From NCBI GenBank assembly GCA_051294905.1, contig CM119371.1, positions 34,784,001 to 34,848,000 on the forward strand: a stretch of DNA of 64,000 nucleotides, read 5' to 3'. Shown one piece after another: positions 12,590-25,116 of the stretch. The number at the start of each line of letters is the position of its first letter. Position 1 is the stretch's first letter. A model generated the notes under the pieces. That model was given only the letters and a program-made list of their open reading frames with translations. It did no database searches and had not been told where the DNA came from. Origin of the DNA: Botryllus schlosseri. Lineage: Eukaryota. The translations under genes and the position numbers were made by a program.

Positions 12590-13807
12590 AATCTACTCAA
12601 TTACAAGTAGAAGTACTTTTTTCATAAGTCACCTAAAACTACTTGAAGTAGAAGTGGAGTTGACTGACTTTAAATCTATTCATGTAAGAGAGTAGTTTTG
12701 AAAACAGTCTTAATTCGTTCGCATGGACTGTCAAAAGCTGCAAATTGAGCTATGCGGAAGGTGCAGAGAGCTTGATACGTATTGGTGCATCCAGGAGGTA
12801 TCAATTTCCGACAGAATAAGGATTCTTTTGCATCATGGCATGCAAATTTTAGTATTGATATGAAAATGTAATACTAACCCTTTGTTTACTAGAAGACCCC
12901 GTTTTGGAGAATATCATGGCACGTCGCCCTACCCCATATTATAAGGCCCCAAGTTTAGGCGAAGAGCAATACGGAGAAGTTGTATCGGATACGGTTTCAA
13001 CACTTTGTGCGATTAGTATACGTTAATAACAAATAATGTGGATCGTAAAATTTATATTTAGTGTAGCTTTATTTTCGGAAAATAGAGGCATTACTAACTA
13101 CACTTGCTTTTATTGTTCAACATGTATGCTCTGCAGACAAAAGAACTGAAAGTAATTAGAACTCAAATTGGGATATTCGGAATTCAAAGTAAAATACAAA
13201 TACCACTTCTAAAAAGCGGAAAATATATTTCATGTCTCTTGTCAATAAAGCTTCGAAGGTGATCTGCTAAAACAGGAGTAACGTTAAAAAGCCGGATTTT
13301 CTAGATTAGCAGGACAAGTCATGGGCTGCTAGATTACGATATGATAGGTAATTGCTAGATTGCGAAATGGTAGTTTCAAACGTTATGGCGGGCCATATTT
13401 ACTGTGATGAAATATTTGATATGGGCGACAATGCGGTGTGAGCAGAACCGAGCAATCCGATACCTAAATTATATTCACTGATATTTTCGTGAAAACATAT
13501 TTGTCAGTCCATAACTACTATGCGCGAAGCGCAACAAAATTTTTGGGCTTTACTTGACTTTTATGAATATTGAATGTTGGTACTCCATGAAAACAGCTCC
13601 AAAATTCCTCAGCCTGTCTTTCGTATTGAGGGAATAAACTACTTCTACTTGACAAACTGAAAATAGCGAAAAGTAAGTAAGTAGATCAGAAAATATTACG
13701 TAGTAGAAGAAGAGAAAATCAGATCTACCTGAGTAAGTACTAGAAGTAGAGGAAAACTACTTGAGTACTTCCAAATAGTAGAAGTACTTCGCTACCGACC
13801 ACCTCTG
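12590..13807 (-). mobile_element. hAT-type element, family B, reverse orientation
   Basis: Ends gaagtacttcgctaccgaccacctctg with AAGTAG repeats; the left boundary is approximate. Confidence 0.75.
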
Positions 13808-15073
13808 AATATGGAATTGCAACGGCTATCTATCAGTGTGCAAAGAAAATGCTCTCTATACCCGCTGCTGTTATTCACATTGTCGGTCTCTTTATCAGGT
13901 ACTTTACGTGGGTGCGTGTTTGTGTGTGTGTGGGGGGGGTCCGTGCCTCACCAGCCATGAACCTCACCGCACGTCACTGATAGCAATGGCTGCATTGTCG
14001 GCATTAGGACGTCACATCAGTGTTTAGCACAGTAGGCCTACACCAGGGGTGGCCAACCAGTGGGCGTAGAAGGAAATTTGTGCGGCCCACGCACTGTTGT
14101 ACTGTCACGCACTGATGCCCATGGGGCCCCCATTTAGTTGGTGTGTCGAGCAGACTCGTGAAATATTACAGGGAATATTGCTGTCGATTTATTCTCCAAG
14201 CTGCTCGTTTTGCGAGATTCGAGTTTGGCGTGGATTAGTCATCGTATCGTGCAATCCCGTTATAGTGCTTCTGTTGTAAAATATTTAAGAGATTTGATTC
14301 TTTTTGGACATTCGTCATAAATGCAAACTGCTCTATAAATCCATATATAACATTTGACCATAAACCTGTTACAATTGATCAGGCTGGCGTGAGTAAGTCA
14401 CCGTATATCGTGCGTCCCTATTTTAGTGCTTCTGATGTTAATATTATGTACGTTATATTCGTTTTGTACATTCGTCGTATATGTTTACTGTTCTACAGAC
14501 ACATATCCTGTAACAATAAGCTTATACATATCCGCAGAACCTTGAACCAAACTGATGTTCAGTTTTGCAGCGCCATCGTCAACATGACGCGTTTGTTCTC
14601 CGCGTTTATGTCCCTGATCCTGCTGCTAGTCAACTGATTGTGGGCATTTTATGGTCTGCTCTCTCGGCGCAACGATTGATGAAAAACCAAATATTAATTA
14701 ATGTAATTCAGGAGCCGCTAGTAAAGTGCTTCTCAACCTTGTTTCTAGCAATGCCGGAGTGGACGTAAAAGCCACTCCATCTATGCATGTTACAAGCGAC
14801 AGTGTGCACCACGCCTACTCGACAGAGCGATGCAATGCCGGAGTGGACATAAAAGCCGCTGTCGCGTGATAGGTCACGAGTAATCGCAAAGGCCCGTTTA
14901 CGCGTTGTTGTCTGCACTGCTTCAAAACGTGTGGTACTCGATTTTCAGTGCCCCGGGGCGTTCCACAAACGGGTTAGCGTTCTGCTTGGTTCTGTCTTAG
15001 CTCCTCGATTATGTGCAAGTCAGCTTAGTGGGATATCAGCAGATATTCAAAGTGGTTAGAATTGCTATAGTAC

Positions 15074-16282
15074 AGAGGGTCATTACATGCTCTTCGTAAG
15101 ATTAGAAATCTTCAGTATACGGGAAATCGCAGAACATTTTTTATGATCGGTACTCCGCGCGATCTTATCACGAACACGATGAAAAAAATCTTCCGGAATT
15201 CGGACAAATTTCTTTGGCACAACGCGAACACTCAATACCATTCGTGCTCGTACGATCGCCATTCGGGAAGACTTGTTTGTTTCGGGAAGACTAATTTCGG
15301 CATTGGCTGCCCGTTGTTTCTTTGTACAAATAATCGCTCATCGCACTTTTGAGGACGTCAAGAATGGGAATATTTTGACTTGAACGAATGGAGCGATAAA
15401 AAAACGTCGTCACAGAATTTAAAATAAGCAAATTTGAAATCGAATATTTGTATTGATTACCAGCAGTATAGCATAGCATGGAGCCATTGGGTCATCGTTC
15501 TGCACATCTAACCTGACAGCACAAAGTTTTAGTATCTCTTAAAGCGCTCCGTTCAAGAGGCTTCCAGAATTGCACCATAGATTTCTTGAAAATATCCCAG
15601 CCAACTGTGAGTAAAGTAGTGAGCGCATTTTGAGATACAATGCTATCTATAGCTCCAACTTTCATTTACATATCAATAAACAACACGGAAGTCGTTGCCG
15701 CAAAACGCTGTATTAAAGAACTTTATAAAGTTTTAAACTGGCTTGCAGACAAGCATTTGCGATTAGAAAGCACCTTTACTGTTTCAATAGCTACTAGATA
15801 GCCGTGACGATGTAAACGATTATGGCATTGCCGATAGCGCATGGTAATTGCGATGTCATAATCGGGCTGCTATAAGGAAAATCTAGGTCTCAAAAAGTCT
15901 TTGATTCGTTTCAAGTCATAATTAATCAACTCATAAATAAATCATCATTCCGCAAGTTCTGAGCATATTGTCTGGACCTCTGCTTGCACTTTAATATTAA
16001 TTCCCAGAATTTGTCGTTAACAAATTTAGATGGGTAGTCAAGCAATCAAGGAATCCTTCTCAGCTCATTGATGTAGGCTATACGAAACGAAGTGTTGATC
16101 TTCCCCCTTCCAATCCACGAACGAACGAACAGAAATCACTAGTGCGAACAAAACATGTGATACGTATCTCGAAGATTAATATTCTGTTCGGTTGGGCAAA
16201 GTCTCGAACACGAACGCGATTACGAACGCTATCACGAACGCGATTACGAACACGATCACGAATGAGCATGTAATGACCCCCC
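15074..16282 (+). mobile_element. PIF/Harbinger element with transposase remnant
   Basis: TIR gggtcattacatgctc / gagcatgtaatgaccc. About 15370-15700 translates through stops and frameshifts to EWSDK..EFKISKFEIEYL..HRSAHLT*QHKVLVSLK..GFQ..DFLKISQPTVSKVVSAF..FIY, matching the N-terminal HTH region of HARBI1-like transposases. Confidence 0.8.
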
Positions 16283-16345
16283 AAGTGATGCCGTAATTTC
16301 TAGTAAATTAAATTGTTAGCCGCCTCTTCCAAGGTTAAGCCGTCA

Positions 16346-16418
16346 GCCGCCGTAGCTCAGTGGTTAGAGCACTGGTCTCGTAAACCAGGGGTCGTGAGTT
16401 CGAATCTCACCGGTGGCT
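16346..16418 (+). tRNA. tRNA-Thr(CGT)
   Basis: Full cloverleaf: acceptor gccgccg/cggtggc, D arm gctc-agtggtta-gagc, anticodon arm ctggt-ctCGTaa-accag, T arm gtgag-ttcgaat-ctcac. Confidence 0.95.
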
Positions 16419-16421
16419 CGA

Positions 16422-16503
16422 GTTGTCGCGGCCGAGTGGTTAAGGCGACAGACTAGAAATCTGTTGGGCTCTGTCCGCGCAGGTTTGAATCCTGACGACA
16501 ACG
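16422..16503 (+). tRNA. tRNA-Ser(AGA), possibly impaired
   Basis: Acceptor gttgtcg/cgacaac, anticodon arm acaga-ctAGAaa-tctgt, long variable arm, G discriminator. The T loop reads TTTGAAT instead of TTCGAAT and the T stem has one mismatch. A T4 tract follows. Confidence 0.85.
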
Positions 16504-16592
16504 AATTTCCTTTTCTCTTCAGTCGTACTTTAGTCGGCTTTTCAATATGCGTTTCTACTACAGTTATAAACGGAGAAGCTGTGTTACTTCTT

Positions 16593-17539
16593 CAGTGTTG
16601 GGATCAAGTCACTACCTTCGAGTCACGAGTCATTCCGAGTCATTGGACATTTTGACTCGAGTCAAGTCAAGTCAATCGATTTTCAAAGGTGACTCGAGTC
16701 AAGTCAAGTCAATCGATTTTCGGAGGTGACTCGAGTCAAGTCAAGTCAAGTCACGAGTCAAGTCACATTTCAAGTCAAGTTGCATTTTCGAAGTGTGAGG
16801 CATGATTACGTCATTGTAAGTTACTAGCTGTAAAAAAATACAGATTGAGTGGTCACTGATTCCGAACCGATGAACGAATATAGAGGTAAATATACACGCT
16901 AGAAGACGATGTATCGCTCACGTATACGTAGAACTGTTGCATGGCCTCAGTTAATAGTCACCAACCAAAATACAGAATGGAGAAACGAAGTGATAAGATG
17001 TAATACATTACTCATTTAAAAATAGATATGATACAATTCGAGCATGCGCTAATGGTCGACGACAATATAACGTATATTAGAATTTAATTTCAATAAAACA
17101 AGAGGTTTGGTAAAGGTAAAAGAACAGAGACAGAATATACACTTTGCTATTTTATTACTTTACTGTACTACTAGAGTTTACGACAACATAAGCTTCGATC
17201 ACTTCGTTTGCGGTCAATTTATTTATGAGAGAACAATCGAGACTCGGTAAAATGCTCGATCAATGAATGATTGGTCGCTTTCCAGGGTTACACCAGCGTT
17301 TCGAGAACAATCCAAACATATGCAAGATACAGTGATTTTTATCGACGCCGATTACTGGATGACTTGAAATTGACTCGTGAATTTTGGTCCGAGTCACGAG
17401 TCAATCCACATTTCTGATACGCCGAGTCAAGTCAAGTCAAGTCATTTTAGCAAAGTGACTCGAGTCAAGTCAAGTCATACGAAAAATGTGACTCGAGTCT
17501 GACTCGAGTCAAGTCATGACTCGAGTCATCCCAACACTG
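16593..17539 (+). mobile_element. hAT-type MITE, family D (CAGTGTTGGGAT TIR, AGTCA/GACTCGAGTC repeats)
   Basis: TIR cagtgttgggat / atcccaacactg, flanked by cttctt on both sides; two more copies in the window. Confidence 0.92.
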
Positions 17540-17753
17540 CTTCTTTGCACAAATTCAATGCTAGTATTGATGTTTTCTTTGATAACCATAACTGAATATT
17601 GTACATACTATACAGTATACACTCATGTGTTATTGCCGCAATCCGCGATTTGCGATGAGATTTCGTAGAACTGGACTTTCAACTACGTTAAAAGCCTGCC
17701 GTTGGTGTCAAACCAAGGATCTTTGATGTTATAAGGAATTGTGGAAGACTACA

Positions 17754-20700
17754 ATGACTGTTGACAGAAGATTTCAAGTCAGTTGCGTCAGCACTGGCCT
17801 TCTCGTTTTGCTTTACGTCGTGTACGTAAACTGGACTGATATTCACGTTGTACACGAAGGCTTCAAAGTTGTTAGACCTTGGCCAGTAGTGACGAATGTC
17901 CCCGTTAAATTGACTGATGCTCACAGCGTGCGTGAAGACTTTACAGTAGGTAAACCTCGGTCACTAATGACGTATGAAGACAACCCAAGAAAATCGCTGT
18001 ACAATAAAATCCTGAAGACGGAATGGATAAGGTATTTCCCGCACCTTGCCGATATGATGTCTAAGGCAATCTCTGGACCCGAATTAAAGAGTACTATTGC
18101 TGAAAACGTGGAGGTACGTTTGGATCTCATCCGAGTCTTACGAACGGGAGAAACGCTCGGAGCTACTATCATCGCAAAAGACGAGAATGGCACGCAGCAA
18201 TCACACGGCGGTGACTTTTTCTGGGCTATACTAAGGCCAGTGAATAAGTCTATCGATGGAGTGTCTTGCGCGGTGGTTGATAACAGCGACGGAACGTATG
18301 ACATCAAATGCATCTTACCGTTTAGTGGCGCCGCGGAGCTACGCGTTACCATGCTGCACCCGAGCCGGAGCGTGCTCGAAATGATGACGAAATATTCGTC
18401 GTCTCACGAGTATGAAGTCATAATGAAGACTGAAATGAGGAATTCTAAGAATAGACACGAATACACGGATTGCTCGATCGATTTTCCTGATAAAAGGTAT
18501 GTCCTTCCTGGGTGTTGAACGAATGTTATAATTTCATCGATCGCAAGCTCGCGCTGCAGGAGCTCTCGTCTACCTTCTCTTACCATTACGTATTTTCCGC
18601 ACCTACCTTCAATTGTGGATAAGTAGTACTCTTTACGCAGCCCGCACGTGAAGAGTGCTAATCAGACTGGTAGAATATACTCCATTTTCAAATGCGTCAC
18701 TTCTATAACGGACGTTTTGGTTGTTGCCTAGCTCAAACGATGGTTCGTTATATTTACTTGATTAGAGTTTTGGCTGTAACAATTTTAGGCTTGTCGAGTA
18801 GCTTGCCAACTCGAATTGAGACTACCACCTCACTTTCTTTGCTTCCTACAATCCGAGCCTACCCCTGAGACCCGGTCAAATGTAACTCAAACAGTTACAG
18901 AATAGGATAGCAATTTACTATACATAGAAAGATCACGTCAACGTCGAGGCAATAGTCACAATAGCGGTTAACAACAGTTAACTCTCTAGGCTCTAAACTT
19001 ACAATCTAAACAAAATACAATCCCCTGAATGATGGCCTAAACTTATACAATACTTACACATTACAAATAATGCCCTAAATGGCACATTATATCCCTAAAT
19101 TTAGCCTAACTTCAATCACTGATCCAATGATATTACAAGCAACAAAGTGACCAAACTTCAACAAGTGACTATCAAGACACGAGGGGAAATCCAACCAGAG
19201 AGGGCACTACTGAGCTGTGAGGCTCACAATCACTTGACCATTTCTCGTGTTACAACTTCAAGTTCAAGAACCAAAACCATTGACGTCGGAAAATCCGCGA
19301 CCAACTAACTAAAACACAACTAACTAGCTTCAATCCTAAAGCAACTTATGATCGGCCTTCCACATCAACGTCAGTAAAACTTGGAAATTACAGGGGTAGA
19401 CCAATAAATTCCACCCCCTGCTAAGTGACTACGCCAATGTTAGTAGTGATGACAATGAACTAGCTATGGCTCCAAGAACATCACACAATAGAACACCGGT
19501 ATCACGATGCGCGGCAATAAAGGACGACACGTGTTTCCTAGTTATTCGGCGACCATGACTAGAACTAGAACTACTACTAGAACATTAGCTGTTGTCCGCC
19601 AACTAACTAGATTGGAAGTTTGTACAAGTCTGGTGCTAATTAGGGATGTTGTGAACCTCTGAAAGGTTCAGGTTCGCGTGAACGTGAACCTTTTTGAAAG
19701 GTTCTGTGTGAACACGAACGTGAACCTCATGACGTCACGTGACGTCATATTGCTAATTTAAACCCCATATTTCAATTAGGTGATTGCCTATATTAATCTA
19801 CTGTACACGATACCGAGCGACGACTCGGAACCACATAATAGCTCAGTACTCAAGTACATATTGACGTTTGAAACGTCGCAAAATGTATCAACTGGGGCAA
19901 TCAAATGATATAATGATCCCATAAAATCAGTATCTTGCGTCGCTTTGCCAACAATTTCGACCTGATCGGACAATGTATTCGGCGTCTGAGTATTGCCACA
20001 TGGATATTGAGCAGAGTGTAAAATGGCTTTCTATACTTGCTACCGATTAACAAGTTATACAGCAGTGTAGCCAACACCCCAATCGCACGGATTTGGTTTT
20101 TATGATACAGTATACATATGTAGTCAAGATTGACCCCGTACGCCTGCTAGATTTTTACATCAGAAGACGATATCAATCTCATTGATTTGTTGAATAAGGA
20201 TCATTTGCTGACAATATACAGTGTATTTCGCTCTTGATGACATGTGATTGCGGGTCAAGCTTACAGCACAGAGACACTAAATATGCACAAATGGAAGGCT
20301 GGATATTTTGAGCAAACTTTTGTAACAATACAAGTAAATTGTTGAGATTGTCAAGGGCATGCTCGTTTAGGGTTGAATGTTTATGCTGCCAGCCCCATGC
20401 ATAGAGTGGCCCGCAGTTGAAAGTCAATAAATTTGAACCAAAGATGTTATAATGAAGTGAAAATTGCAATATATGAAAAAGGTTCACAGTGCAGAACCTA
20501 CCAAGGTTCTGTTGTGAACGCGAACCTCAAATTTTCCGAGGTTCACACACAGAACACGAACGTGAACCTCACGTTCACACCATCCCTAACTGCTAATACG
20601 ATAAGAAACAAGGCTACAACTGATTTCTGCGTTCAGGTTTATAATGTTTGTTAACCGAGCAAGATAGTATAATGGTGATGCATCCGGCTACTTGATCGGT

Positions 20701-22065
20701 AGCTCTAGGGTTCGATCCCCGGCCGGGTCAGACCAAAGACTCGAAAACTGGTATCCGCCGCTATCCTGCTAGGCGCTCGGCATCCACGGATAGCATGGAG
20801 GAGAAAAAGCGGGGTGCTGACTAGATGACCTTACGGTCGTATCGCATCCCCGTCGTCAAAAGCATCTCGATTGTACAGACGAAACCGAATACCCTCATTT
20901 TCTCTCTCTCTCTCTAATCTGACTATAAAGTGGTCAGTGCCTCACCAGGTCGCTGGTCTACGCACCGTTGCGGGGCTAATAGCAATGTAATAATGTACCG
21001 TTAAAGACTTTCCAAACAACAAATTGTAAATTAAAGCAATTTTATTAGACTATTTTTAGATTTCAGTTAAGCTTGAGTGTTGAAATCCGACTTCGTTCTT
21101 GTTTCAGCCCTTCAGAACTATGCAATTACACCAATCCGACCCACGGAGAGCGCTACACGTGCCTTAAGCCGCCGTCCGGCGAGTGCAACCCGTTATTGAG
21201 ACAAACCATGCAGCCGCACATGGACAAACTGCGATTTTGGGACGATCGCTATTTCGTCAAAAATTCAAACTATCAGGTCCCTGCGGGCTCTGTAAAAGTC
21301 AACGTCGTGTCGTCATCATCCGTCGTAAAATACCCTCTCGTCAAAGGCGAGTGGAGTTCGCAACCGATGGAAGCGTCGGGCTGGTTTCTGGATTCGAAAT
21401 GGGTCTCCAGAACGTTTCAAGTTGAAAATTATTCGACGGGAAGATTGCTTGAGTGCTTCCGTGACAAGGACGTTTATTTTCTCGGTGATTCAACTGTCAG
21501 ACAGTTGTATTTTTACGTGAGAGACGCGCTCGGGTTGAAGGACAGGACAAATGCGCCCGGGGGAGGTTGGTCGCAGCCCAGAGACACGTCTCTGAAGACT
21601 GATAACATCACTATGCATTTCCGCCCGCCTGGTCCGAGCTTTCACAACAACGGCAACATCTGGCCGTTTCTGAGCGACGTGCTGGATCACGTGACTTTTG
21701 GCGGGAAAGGAACCGTGATCATCGTCACGGGCGGCATCCATTTCGAGCTATTCTCTCCCGATGTGTTTTTAGACCGCATCACCCGAATATCTGAAGCTTT
21801 GCGATCGTTACTGCAGAGACTTCCAGGTTCTAAGGTTATCGTGAAAGGACTACACTACCACGAGCCGCGGCCACCGTTCGTAGTGTCGCCGTGGAAAACG
21901 CACTTGCTAGAAGTGATTATGCGCAACGTGATTCGCGGTATTGAGGGCGATGTTTCTTACTTTGAAATGTGGGATTTTATGCTGGTGAGGGGCAACAGGC
22001 TAGTCCACCCCGAGGACAATATGTTGAGAGACGCCGTAGGGGTTTTGTTGTCATACGTGTGCTGA
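17754..22065 (+). CDS. NXPE-family (neurexophilin and PC-esterase domain) type II membrane protein, 2 coding exons, 566 aa
   Basis: Exons 17754-18496 (AG|GTATGT) and 21108-22065 (tttcag|C) join in phase 2. N-terminal hydrophobic anchor; GGDFFWA and VVDNSDGTYDI motifs of the NXPE Ig-like region; FLGDSTVRQ catalytic motif; C-terminal VHP. Confidence 0.92.
19641..20588 (+). mobile_element. hAT-type MITE, family E (TAGGGATG TIR, GTGAACC repeats) in the NXPE intron
   Basis: TIR tagggatgttgtgaa / ttcacaccatcccta, tgctaat on both flanks; homologous to 51583-52564. Confidence 0.9.
20654..20995 (+). mobile_element. tRNA-derived SINE with a MetaSINE-like central domain
   Basis: A-box-like tagtataatggt and B-box ggttcgatccc, followed by ggtcagaccaaagactcgaaaactggtatccgccgctatcctgctaggcgctcggcat, which I recall as resembling the Meta domain; short repeat tail. 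Confidence 0.65.
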
Positions 22066-22123
22066 CTTGTGACTAGGCTGAGTATATTTAGCTCTTTGTC
22101 GAATCTAGTACCACTCTCTATGA

Positions 22124-23679
22124 CAGTCGTTCTCCACCTTTTTTCTTCACGGACCCCCTTTGCACCGTCACGGACCCCCATGGTCCCCCCTAAGTTTTAC
22201 TTCAAATTTACCTCAATTATCGTGCAACCGTCATCTTTTGTCCTTCTCCTTTTCGACGATTCGTCCTCCTTTGCAGATTATACAGCTATGGGCTAATGGA
22301 CAGGATCAACTGAAAGTCGGCATGAACGACGCGAAATCGGTAATGAGGGGTCGCTCAAGCGGGTTAATCGGGAGCCTAGCAGCTCATCGTGAGTGGTGGC
22401 GAGATAGCGTAGTGCAGGGGCGGGCAACCTTTTCGGCCAAAGGGCCACATGAGATTTGCGAACCATTGGGTGGGCATTTTGATGACCTTTGTCAGTCGCC
22501 CGATAGGACCGAACCGGATTACGTAACGATAAAAACAAGACTCATATTACTAGGAGTCAGAATCGATAACAATTATGTCACGAAAAGTGAGTGTGCAAAG
22601 TGCACTAACGACCTAACCGCGTTTTTCAAATTTTGTGACTGATTTCGGCCAATACTAATGTCACTAGCATGTATCGCATATGTATACCGTTTGGCTCATT
22701 TGGCATGGACAGGAATATTTGGCACATGAACATTTAAATAGCGAAAATTTCAGCGAATATCCGCCTATCAAATTTATGCAAAGATTTCATCGCCCTTGCA
22801 ATATTTCTGTGAGTGCAGACGCGAAGTCGAATGTTGGACGACACGGCCTCTCATAATTGCGAATATAGTCGGACTCAATTCAGTAAATTGGGCGTATTTT
22901 TAATTTTCAGGAGGGTGCACTAATAGCAACAAAATGAGTGACAATAATGCGAAGTGCTAGGAAAAATATCAAGTCAAATAATTGCACCAGGATATATTTT
23001 ACTTTTTGGTCATATACTAGGATTACCAAATGTTGGAAATCGCAAAAGAAGACACCTTTTCAAAATTTTCAGAGCTACAATATCTGGTAAAAATGGTAAA
23101 TTTTTCACGAGGTTGTGATTGGTTTACTATAAAAAGGTCATTTTCCGGCTCAAGTCCCGAAAAAGCCGCCGGACCGTTATTCGAGTGCCGATTTCTCATA
23201 TCTCTGTCCAATTTCCATGTACATTTAACCTAAATTGTCGAAAGAGCGCAGTTAGGCGTCCTCCGAGGACGCTTTCAAAAAAGTAAAAAAAGAGGACGTA
23301 TGGTCATTCATTAGTCACCCTCTCAGATACGAAGATTTACAGTAAATGTGGCTGGCCCCTGGCCCCTGCGTCGAAACTGATATCCCGAATTTTGCGGTCA
23401 GGCGGTTCAAATTTTGAGTCGGCCTTGCAAGTTCACAATAAATTACCTGGGTAATTTAATATTTTATATTTTATCTAATTTCGAGAATTATCTCGCGGGC
23501 CAATCAAAATCTTCTTGCGGACCACGGGTTGGCCGCCCCTGGTTTATGCGAGTCATGAAACGAAACTGCCTCACTATGTCTTTAATTTAAAAAAATACAC
23601 GAATTGGGTTGTCAACCATTTTGAAAGGTTTCGCGGACCCATTGAAAATGCTTCACGGACCCCCGGTTGAGAACCACAG
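22124..23679 (-). mobile_element. Family A MITE (reverse) with nested caggggcggg element (22415-23541) and a family F copy (about 23018-23322)
   Basis: Outer ends cagtcgttctccacc / ggttgagaaccacag, TSD ctctatga/cactataa; inner TIR caggggcgggcaacc / ggttggccgcccctg. Confidence 0.8.
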
Positions 23680-25116
23680 CACTATAAAGTCAGGGGTTCT
23701 TAAACTCAGATCCATGAACCTCTTGCGTGTCGGCGGGCTACTTTAAAGGGGTTCGGAAATATACAATGTTGAAACTACATACAGTATAAAACTACGTATT
23801 TCCATTCTTATTTTCAGTGCTCAGCACGGCTCAAAATAGCCAAACGGTCGATACGATCACTAAATGTTATATGATGAGGCCGACGATAGGACTAGACCCC
23901 CTTTTGTTAGTCTTCTCTCTGGGTTTTAGACGTCTGAAATTGATAACCCTGTACAATGGCATAGTAGAAAATATATATGCAATATATTATATATGTAGCC
24001 TACACCATATGTGATATGCGTAATTTGTGTAATATGCGTAATATGTGACATATAATATGTATGTGAAGAGCTTCCTGGAGGCACGGAACTTCAATATACA
24101 ATTGTCCAAGTCGGCATTTATCAAAATACGCCAAACTAGTTTGTGCTAACAGACTCTAAAAACAGTACATTGATCATAAGCGATTTCTTCAACCTGACTA
24201 TTCGAAACTCCATACCGGTGACGTCATAGTTTAAAAGTGCCTTAAAACTGTTTTTGGCCAAATGGAAAGTATTTGGGTAACCCACATGCAATGAACCGTT
24301 CAATCTCGCTGTATCCACACCATTTAGGACACTATGATTGCATAATGAAGTCCTATACTCCTATAGTCCGCGTTCAAGATTACCGGACCACGACATGACC
24401 TTTCGATCTCGCCTTCCGTGACATGTCATCTCAGTTTGTCGTTTGCTTTTTATATAATCTTCTTTTACTTTTCATTCAGTGTGCAAACTGCATGCCTCCT
24501 CGTTACATCGCCTAGGCCAGGGGGTGTCTGATTATAAAGACTAATCCAAGTCGTTTTGACACCTTCCTATCTTTTCATTGGATAGCAATTTTGTGGTGCA
24601 TTGAACTGATAAAAATTGCTAATTAACCTAACCGAAGGAAGCTCTTCAAATGATATTTATTTATAGTGGATTTCGATTTTCGAATAAAAATGTGATTGCA
24701 GGTAGAAAATTTCACTTATAAGTGTTGTTTCCATTGTTTCTTGTAAATTAAGGGGAACAGAATTTCCTAACGATGGGACTTCATGAATACCTCGTGTGAC
24801 GTAGTAAAAACAAATGAAGTCATTATTCCCAAGTAGAAAATTGGGAGAGGCCATTCGAGAAATTTGCCAGCATATGGGTACGCAACTAGTTCGATATACA
24901 GACGATACATAGGCTATATAAAATGATTCGAAATGCCGCAGAGTGTAGTGCAGGAAATCGTGAAGATATTTACAGTCAAGAGTCGGGTGAAATAGTTAGA
25001 GTATGTCACTGTTGGTGACTTCACGAGTGCGTGGAACGTCGGATTTTTATTTGGCCTATTCGAAATTAGGAAAGCTGCATGCGATAGGAAAACTCGCTTT
25101 TCTCGACACTGCAAAC

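Noticed and set aside
16282..16593. Transposons lying close to both tRNA loci, suggesting tRNA-targeted insertion
   Set aside because: Different families are involved, and transposon density is so high that proximity is expected by chance.
16620..16780. GACTCGAGTCAAGTCAAGTC arrays suggesting iterons or an origin
   Set aside because: Subterminal repeats of family D MITEs, present in all three copies.
17921..18352. 143-aa minus-strand ORF and the small ORFs overlapping 21183-21741
   Set aside because: Shadows of the NXPE exons.
22160..22642. 160-aa ORF after the NXPE stop
   Set aside because: Spans the junctions of nested MITEs and shows no protein-like features.
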